Shown here: positions 19,443-27,141 of the stretch, one piece after another | Numbering within the stretch: position 1 is the stretch's first letter | Layout: each line of letters starts with the position of its first letter | DNA from: an uncultured Acetobacteraceae bacterium | GTDB taxonomy: Bacteria; Pseudomonadota; Alphaproteobacteria; Acetobacterales; Acetobacteraceae | Direction of reading: 5' to 3' | DNA length: 64,000 nt | NCBI GenBank assembly: GCA_964613945.1 | Contig: CAZTJC010000016.1 | Span: 26,283 to 90,282 of the forward strand | Notes under the pieces: model-generated | Told to the model about the DNA's origin: nothing | The model's input: the letters and a program-made list of their open reading frames with translations, nothing else | The model's database searches: none | Translations under genes and position numbers: made by a program

Positions 19443-19458
19443 TTAAGTCCTGCCTTAA
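19443..19458. promoter_or_regulatory. dyad TTAAGTCCTGCCTTAA (TTAAG-N6-CTTAA) ending on the LysR start codon; near-copy at 30522-30537
   Basis: Read directly: GGATTAAGTCCTGCCTTAATGT here and GGGTTAAGTCCGAAGTTAATGT at 30519-30540. Both lie in divergent promoter regions. Confidence 0.4.
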
Positions 19459-20381
19459 TGTTGCACTCCGATGATCTCAAATTCTTTCAGGTCGTCAGCG
19501 TCGCCACGTCTTTGGCGGCCGCCGCGCGTGCGCTGGACATCAGCCCATCGGCTGTGACGCAGCGGTTGTCATCGCTGGAGCGCCGGGTCGGCGTGCGGCT
19601 GCTGAACCGGTCCAGCCGCCGCCTGGAGTTGACGGCGGAGGGCCGGTTGCTCGCCGAGCGCGGGGCCAGCGTGCTCGCCGAGATCGACGGGATCGTCGAT
19701 TTCCTGTCCCGGTCGACGGAAACCGTTTCGGGACATTTGCGGGTCGCGGCGCCGTTCGGCTTCGGCCGCCGTCACGTGGCGCCCGCGATGGCCCGGCTGC
19801 GGGCGGAACACCCGCAGGTTCCCTTGACCCTGTCGCTGTTTCAGGACCCGCTCGTCGTGGACAAGGAGGCGTGGGACGTGATGATCCATGTCGGTCAGCT
19901 CGCGGATTCCGAGCTGACGGCGGTGCGGCTCGCCGACAACCAGCGCATCCTGTGCGCCGCCCCGGCCTATATCGCGCGGCACGGCAAACCGAAGCTGCCC
20001 AACGACGTGCGCCAGCACGCCTGCGCCGTCATCCGCGAGAATCAGGACGATGCGACGCTGTGGACGTTCAGCGCACCGGGCCAGCCTTCGGTCTCGGTGC
20101 GGGTGGAGCCGGCGATGAACAGCAATGACGGTGCCGTCATCAAGCATTGGGTCATGGCCGGGTTGGGCATGATGGTGCGGTCGGAATGGGACGTGGCGGA
20201 GGAGTTGGCAGCCGGCACCTTGGTGCAGCTGTTGCCGGAATGGTCGCTGCCGGCGGTCGACATCGTTGCCGTGTTCCGCTCCCGCAGCGGCCGCGTGAAA
20301 CGCACGACGCGCTTCGTGCAGCTTCTGCGCGCTGCGATGCGCCAGCCGAACTGGAAGTTTCCGGACGACCCGGCGAGATAG
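19458..20381 (+). CDS. LysR-family transcriptional regulator
   Basis: 307 aa. The N-terminal HTH DDLKFFQVVSVATSLAAAARALDISPSAVTQRLSSLERRVGVRLLNR is classic LysR. Divergent from the ALDH operon. Confidence 0.92.
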   Translation: MLHSDDLKFFQVVSVATSLAAAARALDISPSAVTQRLSSLERRVGVRLLNRSSRRLELTAEGRLLAERGASVLAEIDGIVDFLSRSTETVSGHLRVAAPFGFGRRHVAPAMARLRAEHPQVPLTLSLFQDPLVVDKEAWDVMIHVGQLADSELTAVRLADNQRILCAAPAYIARHGKPKLPNDVRQHACAVIRENQDDATLWTFSAPGQPSVSVRVEPAMNSNDGAVIKHWVMAGLGMMVRSEWDVAEELAAGTLVQLLPEWSLPAVDIVAVFRSRSGRVKRTTRFVQLLRAAMRQPNWKFPDDPAR

Positions 20382-20518
20382 AGATTGCTAGAACAAAGTC
20401 CTATCGCGAGCACTTGCCTCGGCGCTGCCGTGTGAAGTTTCGGTGGCCGGAAATCGGTTTGTTTCTATCTTGGGCGTCGTCGTCGCCCACAGAAGATTCG
20501 CCAGAAGGTAAGATCCCC

Positions 20519-21844
20519 ATGCCCGCTCCGTTGGTCAGCGTCCAAAGCAGCCCTGCCTTGCCGGCCTCGGCCGACGTGGTGGTGATTGGCGGCGGCATCA
20601 TCGGCAGTTTCACCGCCTACTACCTGGCGCAGCGCGGCATGTCGGTGGCGCTGCTGGAGAAAGGCCGCATCGGCGCCGAGCAGTCGAGCCGCAACTGGGG
20701 CTGGTGCCGGCAGCAGAACCGCGATGCGCGCGAGTTGCCGATGGCGACCAAGAGCCTCGACCTGTGGGAGGAGTTCGCCGCCGATTCCGGCGAGGAGACC
20801 GGCTTCAGTCGTTGCGGGCTGCTGTATCTCAGTGACGACGAGGCCGAGTTGGCGCAGTGGGCCAAGTGGCGCGACTTCGCCCGGACCGTGGGGGTGACGA
20901 CACAGATGCTGAACGGCGCCGAAGCGAGCGCGCGCGGCCAGGCGACCGGCAAGGCCTGGAAAGGCGGCGTGTTCTCCGGGTCCGACGGCACCGCCGACCC
21001 GTCCAAGGCTGCGCCCTCCGTGGCCCGGGCGTTCATGAAGCTCGGTGGCACCGTGCATCAGGAGTGCGCCGCCCGCGGGCTGGAGCTCGCGGGTGGGCGG
21101 GTCTGCGGCGTGGTGACCGAGCGCGGCACCATCCGCACCGACACGGCCGTGCTGTCGGGCGGCGCATGGGCGTCGTCGTTCTGCCGGCAGCTCGGGGTGA
21201 CGTTCCCGCAAGCGACCATCAAATCTACCGTGCTGGCTCTGGCGCCTGGTGCGGAAGGATTGCCGCCGGCGTTCCATACCAAGAAGATCACCGTCACCCG
21301 ACGCGGCGATGGCGGCCACACGCTCGCCGTCGGCGGGCGCGGGCGGCTGGACGTGACGCCGCAATCCCTGCGCTTTGCCGCCGACTTCCTGCCCATGTTC
21401 GCCCGGCGCTGGCGCAGCCTGACGCCCGGCGGACTCGAGGGCATGAGGACCGGCCATGAATCGCTCAAGCGCTGGGCGTTGGACCAGCCCACACCGATGG
21501 AGCGCATGCGGGTGCTCGACCCCACGCCGGACCGGCGCACGATCCGCCTGGCCCGGGAACGGGCCATCCAGGCCCTGCCGGCGCTGCGCGACGTTCCCGT
21601 CGCCTCCGCCTGGGCCGGTTACATCGACACCACGCCCGACGGCGTGCCGGCGATCGGGGAGCTGCGGCAGGTGCCGGGTCTGGTGCTGTCCGCCGGATAT
21701 TCCGGCCATGGCTTCGGCATCGGCCCCGGTGCGGGGCATCTCACGGCGCAGATCGTGGCGGGCGACCGGCCCAATTACGACCCTTCCGGCTTCGCGCCGG
21801 ACCGCTTCGTCAAATCGTCCAAGGGCAAGGTCGCCGAGTTCTAA
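20519..21844 (+). CDS. FAD-dependent oxidoreductase (DAO family)
   Basis: Trimmed to MPAPLVSVQ (ATG at 20519); the track ORF from 20147 overlaps the LysR gene. Dinucleotide fold ADVVVIGGGIIGSFTAYYLAQRGMSVALLEKG, followed by GAEQSSRNWGWCRQQNRD. Confidence 0.88.
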   Translation: MPAPLVSVQSSPALPASADVVVIGGGIIGSFTAYYLAQRGMSVALLEKGRIGAEQSSRNWGWCRQQNRDARELPMATKSLDLWEEFAADSGEETGFSRCGLLYLSDDEAELAQWAKWRDFARTVGVTTQMLNGAEASARGQATGKAWKGGVFSGSDGTADPSKAAPSVARAFMKLGGTVHQECAARGLELAGGRVCGVVTERGTIRTDTAVLSGGAWASSFCRQLGVTFPQATIKSTVLALAPGAEGLPPAFHTKKITVTRRGDGGHTLAVGGRGRLDVTPQSLRFAADFLPMFARRWRSLTPGGLEGMRTGHESLKRWALDQPTPMERMRVLDPTPDRRTIRLARERAIQALPALRDVPVASAWAGYIDTTPDGVPAIGELRQVPGLVLSAGYSGHGFGIGPGAGHLTAQIVAGDRPNYDPSGFAPDRFVKSSKGKVAEF

Positions 21845-21865
21845 GCCGGCCGACGGAGAGCAACG

Positions 21866-22702
21866 ATGAGCCAATCCGAGATCACCATCGACACCATGAC
21901 GTCCGCCCACCTTTCCGAAGCGTGGGCGCTGTCGGTGCAGGCGCGCTGGCCGCATCGTCGGGAGGACTGGGCGCTGCTGCTCAGCATCAGCAAGGGATGG
22001 GTCGCGCTCGAGGCCGGCACGGTGGTGGGCACCGCGATCATGACGCCGTTCGGCGCCACCGGCGGGGCCATCAACATGGTGATCGTTTCGGAAACCATGC
22101 GCGGCCGCGGCATCGGGCGCCGCCTGTTCGCCGCCACCTTGGACGCGGCAGCGGGCCGTCGCCTCCGCCTGACCGCCACGCCGGATGGCGAGCCGCTGTA
22201 CCGCAGCCTGGGGTTCGAACCCTACGGCCACATCTTCCAGCGCCAAGGCATCCTGGGCACCGTGCCCGACATGCCGGGTGCCGAGGACGCCACCGACACC
22301 GACGACGCCGCGATCCTCGCCCTGGACACGGCCGCGTTCGGGGAGGACCGTAGTGCGCTGCTGCGCATGTTGAAGCAGGCCGGCCGCCTCGCCGTCATCC
22401 GCCGCGACGGCGCCGTCGCGGCGTTCGCCTGCATCCGCGATTTCGGCCGTGGCAAGCTGATCGGCCCGGTGGTCGCCGCCGACACGCAGGACGCCCAACG
22501 CCTGATCAGCTACCTCGCCGCCGGACAGGAGGGCGGTTTCATGCGCCTCGACATCACCAGCGATACCGGCCTGAACGACTGGCTCACGGGCATGGGCCTG
22601 CCGCAGACCGATGATGGCCTGGTCATGTGGACGGAGGCGCCGACCGTTCCGGCTGCGGGTGCCGCGCGGACGATGGGCCTGGCGAGCCAGGCCCTGGGTT
22701 GA
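21866..22702 (+). CDS. GNAT-family N-acetyltransferase (two-domain, about 280 aa type)
   Basis: 278 aa. Acetyl-CoA motif ETMRGRGIGRRLFAA, followed by GEPLYRSLGFEPYG. Confidence 0.8.
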   Translation: MSQSEITIDTMTSAHLSEAWALSVQARWPHRREDWALLLSISKGWVALEAGTVVGTAIMTPFGATGGAINMVIVSETMRGRGIGRRLFAATLDAAAGRRLRLTATPDGEPLYRSLGFEPYGHIFQRQGILGTVPDMPGAEDATDTDDAAILALDTAAFGEDRSALLRMLKQAGRLAVIRRDGAVAAFACIRDFGRGKLIGPVVAADTQDAQRLISYLAAGQEGGFMRLDITSDTGLNDWLTGMGLPQTDDGLVMWTEAPTVPAAGAARTMGLASQALG

Positions 22703-22709
22703 TCCGGCA

Positions 22710-23840
22710 GTGCTGAACACCGAACTCGCCCGGCTGCCGACGCCGGCGCTCATCCTCGATGAAAGTCGCATGCTGCGGAACGTTCATCGCCTGCGGGACC
22801 GTCTCGGCCCGCTCGGCGTGTCGATCCGGCCGCACCTGAAGACCGTCAAATCGGTCGACGCCGCCCGGCGTATCCTCGAGGGCGGCACCGGCCCGGCCAC
22901 CGTCTCGACGCTCAAGGAAGCGGAGGTGTTCGCGGCCGCCGGCGTGAACGACATTCTGTATGCCGTCGGGATCGCGCCGGACAAGCTGGGCCGCGTGTGC
23001 GCGATCCGCGCCGGCGGGTGCGATCTGTCGGTGACGCTCGATACGGCGGAGCAGGCCGAGGCCGTGGTGCAGGCGGCCAAGGCCGCCGGGATGGCGATCC
23101 CGACGCTGATCGAGATCGACTGCGACAACCATCGCGCCGGGCTCAACCCGCGGAGCCCGGCGCTCGCGCGCATCGGGCGCATCCTGGCCGACGCATCCTG
23201 CCTGGCCGGCGTGATGACCCATGCCGGCGAGAGCTACAAGGTGGTCGGTGCCGAGGCTCAGGCCGCCTGTGCCGAGGTGGAGCGGGCGGCGGTGGTGGTG
23301 GCAGCGGAGACGCTCGCCGCCGCCGGGCTGGCCTGTCCGGTGCGCAGCGTGGGGGCGACGCCGACGGCGCATTTTGCCCGCGACCTCACCGGCGTCACCG
23401 AAGTGCGGGCCGGCGTGTATGTGCTGTTCGACCTGGTCATGGCCGGCACCGGCACTTGCGCGATCGACGACATCGCGCTGAGCGTGGTGACCACGGTGAT
23501 CGGCCATCAGCCGGAACAGGGGTGGATCATGATCGATGCCGGCTGGATGGCGATGTCGCGCGACCGCGGCACGGCGGCGCAGGCCGTCGATCAGGGCTAC
23601 GGGCTGGTGTGCGACGTCGAGGGCACGGTGCTGGACGACCTGTTCGTGCTGTCGGCCAACCAGGAGCACGGCATCGTGGCCTCGCGGGGCCGGGTCGCGC
23701 CGCAGTTGCCGATCGGCACGCGGCTGCGCATCCTGCCGAACCATGCCTGCGCGACCGGCAGCCAACATGACGGCTATCACGTGATCCCCGACGGCGAGCC
23801 GGGTGCGCTCGCCTATTGGCCTCGTTTTCGCGGGTGGTAG
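22710..23840 (+). CDS. DSD1-family PLP enzyme (D-serine dehydratase / D-threonine aldolase-like, alanine-racemase N-terminal fold)
   Basis: I take the GTG at 22710, just after the GNAT stop; the track ORF starts at 22611 inside the GNAT gene. TPALILDE, PLP-lysine context IRPHLKTVKS, and C-terminal RILPNHACATG. Confidence 0.82.
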   Translation: MLNTELARLPTPALILDESRMLRNVHRLRDRLGPLGVSIRPHLKTVKSVDAARRILEGGTGPATVSTLKEAEVFAAAGVNDILYAVGIAPDKLGRVCAIRAGGCDLSVTLDTAEQAEAVVQAAKAAGMAIPTLIEIDCDNHRAGLNPRSPALARIGRILADASCLAGVMTHAGESYKVVGAEAQAACAEVERAAVVVAAETLAAAGLACPVRSVGATPTAHFARDLTGVTEVRAGVYVLFDLVMAGTGTCAIDDIALSVVTTVIGHQPEQGWIMIDAGWMAMSRDRGTAAQAVDQGYGLVCDVEGTVLDDLFVLSANQEHGIVASRGRVAPQLPIGTRLRILPNHACATGSQHDGYHVIPDGEPGALAYWPRFRGW

Positions 23841-23854
23841 AGCAAGGAACGACG

Positions 23855-25132
23855 ATGAAGCTCAAGCCGTATTGGATCGACACCGCGCCGTCCTTTGCTG
23901 GCGGCGAGACCGGCCCGGTCGAGGGCGAGGTGGACGTGGCGGTGGTCGGGGCCGGGTTCACCGGGTTGTCGGCGGCGTTGGCGCTGGCCAAGAAGGGCGC
24001 CCGGGTGACCGTGCTCGAGGCGGGGCACGTCATGAACGCCGCATCCGCCCGCAATGGCGGCATGTGCAATAACGGCTTTGCCCAGAACTACGCCGCCATG
24101 TCGCAGAAGCTCGGCCGCGAGCGCGCCGTGGCGTTGTATCAAAGCTTCGATGCCGGCGTGTCGCTGGTGGAGTCCATCGTCGCCGAAGAAGGCATAGACT
24201 GCAATTTCCAGCGGGTCGGCAAGCTCAAGGTGGCGGCCAAGCCGGAGCATTTCGACGGGTTGCGGCGGGCGCAGGAGTTGATGGTGCGCGAGGTGGACCC
24301 CGACACCAGCATCGTCGAGCCGCAGGACCTGCCCACCGAGATCGGCTCGGACAAGTTCTTCGGCGGCATGCTGTATGCCAAGAGCGCCAATATGCACATG
24401 GGGCGATACGGCGTTGGCCTCGCCGAAGCCGCAACCCGGCACGGTGCCGTGTTTCATGAACACTGCCCGGTGCTCAGCCTCAAGCGGGCCGGCGGACAGG
24501 CACATGACGTCGTGACGGCGAAGGGAACGGTGCGCGCCAAGCAGGTGCTGCTCGCCAGCGGCACCACCCATGTCGGCGCGTTCGGCTGGGTCCGGCGGCG
24601 GATCGTGCCGGTCGGCGCCTTCATCATCGCCACCGAGCCGCTCCCCGTCGCCACGCTGGACCGGCTGACGCCGAAGCGGCGCAACACCGTCGATACCCGC
24701 AACTTCGTCAACTACTTCCGCACCAGCCCGGACAACCGGATCCTGTTCGGCGGCCGCGCCCGCTTCGCCGCCTCCAACCCGGCGTCGGACGCGAAAAGTG
24801 GCGAGATTCTACGGCGCGACCTGATCAAGGTGTTCCCGGAGCTGGCGTCGGTGCGCATAGACTATTGCTGGGGCGGAATGGTCGACATGACGCAGAACCG
24901 TCTGCCGCGGGCCGGCGAGCGCGACGGGGTGTTCTACTCCATGGGCTACAGCGGGCATGGCACGCAGATGACCACCCTGATGGGCACCGCGATGGCCGAG
25001 GTGATGGACGGCAAGACCGAGCGCAATCCCTGGCACGGTGACGCCTGGTCGGCGATCCCCGGGCATTTCGGCAAGCCATGGTTTCTGCCGTTCGTGGGCG
25101 CGTACTACCGCTATCTCGACTGGAAGCGCTGA
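23855..25132 (+). CDS. FAD-binding oxidoreductase (gamma-glutamylputrescine-oxidase/OrdL-like)
   Basis: ATG at 23855 with AAGGAA upstream. VDVAVVGAGFTGLSAALALAKKGARVTVLEAG, and C-terminal GYSGHG. Confidence 0.85.
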   Translation: MKLKPYWIDTAPSFAGGETGPVEGEVDVAVVGAGFTGLSAALALAKKGARVTVLEAGHVMNAASARNGGMCNNGFAQNYAAMSQKLGRERAVALYQSFDAGVSLVESIVAEEGIDCNFQRVGKLKVAAKPEHFDGLRRAQELMVREVDPDTSIVEPQDLPTEIGSDKFFGGMLYAKSANMHMGRYGVGLAEAATRHGAVFHEHCPVLSLKRAGGQAHDVVTAKGTVRAKQVLLASGTTHVGAFGWVRRRIVPVGAFIIATEPLPVATLDRLTPKRRNTVDTRNFVNYFRTSPDNRILFGGRARFAASNPASDAKSGEILRRDLIKVFPELASVRIDYCWGGMVDMTQNRLPRAGERDGVFYSMGYSGHGTQMTTLMGTAMAEVMDGKTERNPWHGDAWSAIPGHFGKPWFLPFVGAYYRYLDWKR

Positions 25133-26097
25133 TGCTTGTCGTGCCGGAAAGTGCGGTCGCCGGGCTGATGTCGCCGGCGCAGTGTTTCCTCGCGGTCGAG
25201 AGCGTGTTCGCCGCCATGGCCAAGCGCTCGGCGGTCAATTTCCCTGTCGTCCGCGAGGCGATCGGTCATGCCGATGCGCTATACGGGTTCAAGTCCGGCT
25301 TCGACCGCGACAGTCTCGCCCTGGGTCTCAAGGCGGGCGGTTTCTGGCCCGGCAATGCCGCAAAAGGGCTGACCAACCACCAATCCAGCGTGTTTCTGTT
25401 CGATGCCGATACCGGCCGGTGCCGCGCCGTGGTCGGCGGCAATCTGCTGACCGCGCTGCGCACCGCGGCGGCGTCGGCGATCTCGATCAAGTACCTCGCC
25501 CGCGGCGATGCCGAAACGCTCGGCATGATCGGGGCCGGCCATCAATCGACGTTCCAGTTGCGTGCCGCGCTGGAGCAACGTCCCTTCCGCCGGGTCGTGG
25601 CGTGGAACCGCGATCCGGCCAAGCTGGGTCGTCTGGCAACCACCGCGCAGGATGCCGGCGTGTCGTTCGAGGCGGTCGACCTCGACGCGCTGGGGGCGCA
25701 AGCCGATGTCATCATCACGGTCACGTCGTCGTTCCGGCCGATCCTGATGCATTCGCAGATCAAGCCGGGCACCCACATCGCCTGCATGGGCACCGACACC
25801 AAGGGCAAGCAGGAGGTGGACGCCGTGCTTCTCGCAGGGGCAGCGGTGTTCACCGACGACGCCACGCAATCGGCCACGATCGGGGAGGCGCAGCATGCGG
25901 TGGCGCAGGGGTTGCTCGCGCGAGCCGATATCATCGAGATAGGGGCCGTCATCCTCGGCATGCACCAGGGCCGGGCTTCGGCCGACGAGATCACCGTGTT
26001 CGACGGCACCGGGGTCGGTTTGCAGGATCTTGCCGTCGCATCGGCGGCTGTCGCGTTGGCCGTCGAACGAGGCATCGCGCTCGACGTCGATTTCTAG
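25132..26097 (+). CDS. ornithine cyclodeaminase / mu-crystallin family protein (possible ketimine reductase)
   Basis: Start is the ATG at 25132, overlapping the upstream stop (TGATG). Family-typical blocks LTALRTAAASAI and GMIGAGHQSTFQLRA, then MGTDTKGKQE. Confidence 0.85.
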   Translation: MLVVPESAVAGLMSPAQCFLAVESVFAAMAKRSAVNFPVVREAIGHADALYGFKSGFDRDSLALGLKAGGFWPGNAAKGLTNHQSSVFLFDADTGRCRAVVGGNLLTALRTAAASAISIKYLARGDAETLGMIGAGHQSTFQLRAALEQRPFRRVVAWNRDPAKLGRLATTAQDAGVSFEAVDLDALGAQADVIITVTSSFRPILMHSQIKPGTHIACMGTDTKGKQEVDAVLLAGAAVFTDDATQSATIGEAQHAVAQGLLARADIIEIGAVILGMHQGRASADEITVFDGTGVGLQDLAVASAAVALAVERGIALDVDF

Positions 26098-26130
26098 TCG
26101 GGTGTGCGGGCCTTTAGATCAGGAACAGGC

Positions 26131-27141
26131 ATGACCCAATCTCCCTTGCTTGCCATCACGATGGGTGACGCGTCCGGCATCGGACCGGAGATCGTCGCCA
26201 AAACGCTGGCCGCAGGTCACGAGCGCGCCGTGGTGTATGGCAGCGTCGTCGTGATGGCGGAGGTTGTCCGCCGGCTCGGCCTCGACCTGGAGGTCAGGGC
26301 GATTGCCGGTCCGACCCTGGCGGAAGGCAAGGCGGGCACGATCGAGGTCGTCGAGGTGACGCGGATCGACGAGCCGCCGCCGCTCGGCGAGATCAGCGCC
26401 GTTTCCGGCCAGGCATCGTACGACGCCATCGTCGCCGCGATCGCCGCGGCCAAGGTCGGAACGGTGAGCGGCCTAGTCACGGCACCCATCAACAAGGCGG
26501 CGATGTCGCGCGCCGGCATCAAGTATCCGGGGCATACGGAGATCCTGGCCGATTTCGGCGGTGCCGCCCGGGTCGCGATGATGCTGGCCAACGACGACAT
26601 CCGCACCGTGCTGGTGACGATCCACACCTCGTTGCGCCTGGCCATCGAACAGGCGGACTTCGCGGCGCAGATGTCGGCCATCCGCCTAGCCCATGAGGGC
26701 GGGCTGGCGTTGGGCTTCGCCGCGCCGCGGGTGGCGGTGGCCGGACTGAATCCCCATGCAGGGGAGGGCGGGCTGTTCGGGGACGAGGAGGTCCGCATCA
26801 TCGGCCCGGCCATCGAGGCGGCACGCGCGGAAGGCATCGATGCCAGCGGGCCTTGGCCGGGCGACACGGTGTTCATGCAGGCCCGCACCGGTCGGTTCGA
26901 CGTGGTGGTGGCGCAGTACCACGATCAAGGGCTGATCCCGGTGAAGTATCTCGGCCTGGAAAAGGGGGTCAACATCACGCTGGGCCTGCCTTTCGTCCGC
27001 ACCAGCCCGGATCACGGCACGGCGTTCGACATCGCCGGGCAGGGCATCGCCGACCCGGCGTCGTTCCAGACCGCCCTGGCCTATGCCCGCCGGCTCGTCG
27101 CGGCACGCACCCCAGTCGTCGGTTTCGGAAAGGCCGGGTAG
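26131..27141 (+). CDS. PdxA-family NAD(P)-dependent dehydrogenase (4-hydroxythreonine-4-phosphate dehydrogenase-like)
   Basis: ATG at 26131 (MTQSPLLAITMGDASGIGPEI). Motifs GHTEILAD, NPHAGEGGLFG, YHDQGL, VRTSPDHGTAFDIAG. Confidence 0.88.
   Translation: MTQSPLLAITMGDASGIGPEIVAKTLAAGHERAVVYGSVVVMAEVVRRLGLDLEVRAIAGPTLAEGKAGTIEVVEVTRIDEPPPLGEISAVSGQASYDAIVAAIAAAKVGTVSGLVTAPINKAAMSRAGIKYPGHTEILADFGGAARVAMMLANDDIRTVLVTIHTSLRLAIEQADFAAQMSAIRLAHEGGLALGFAAPRVAVAGLNPHAGEGGLFGDEEVRIIGPAIEAARAEGIDASGPWPGDTVFMQARTGRFDVVVAQYHDQGLIPVKYLGLEKGVNITLGLPFVRTSPDHGTAFDIAGQGIADPASFQTALAYARRLVAARTPVVGFGKAG

Noticed and set aside
19443-19458. The TTAA-N8-TTAA dyads (here and at 30522) might be CtrA boxes.
   Set aside because: The CtrA consensus is TTAA-N7-TTAA(C), and both copies here have 8-nt spacers. 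I kept them as an unassigned shared motif instead.
20465-22771. 768-aa minus-strand ORF spanning the DAO oxidase and GNAT genes. Similar cases are 30286-31968 (560 aa), 26686-28083 (465 aa), 36465-38369 (634 aa), 47032-48384 (450 aa) and 55320-56474 (384 aa).
   Set aside because: All are antisense to genes with clear family motifs. They have Arg/Gly/His-rich nonsense-like sequences with no recognisable domains.
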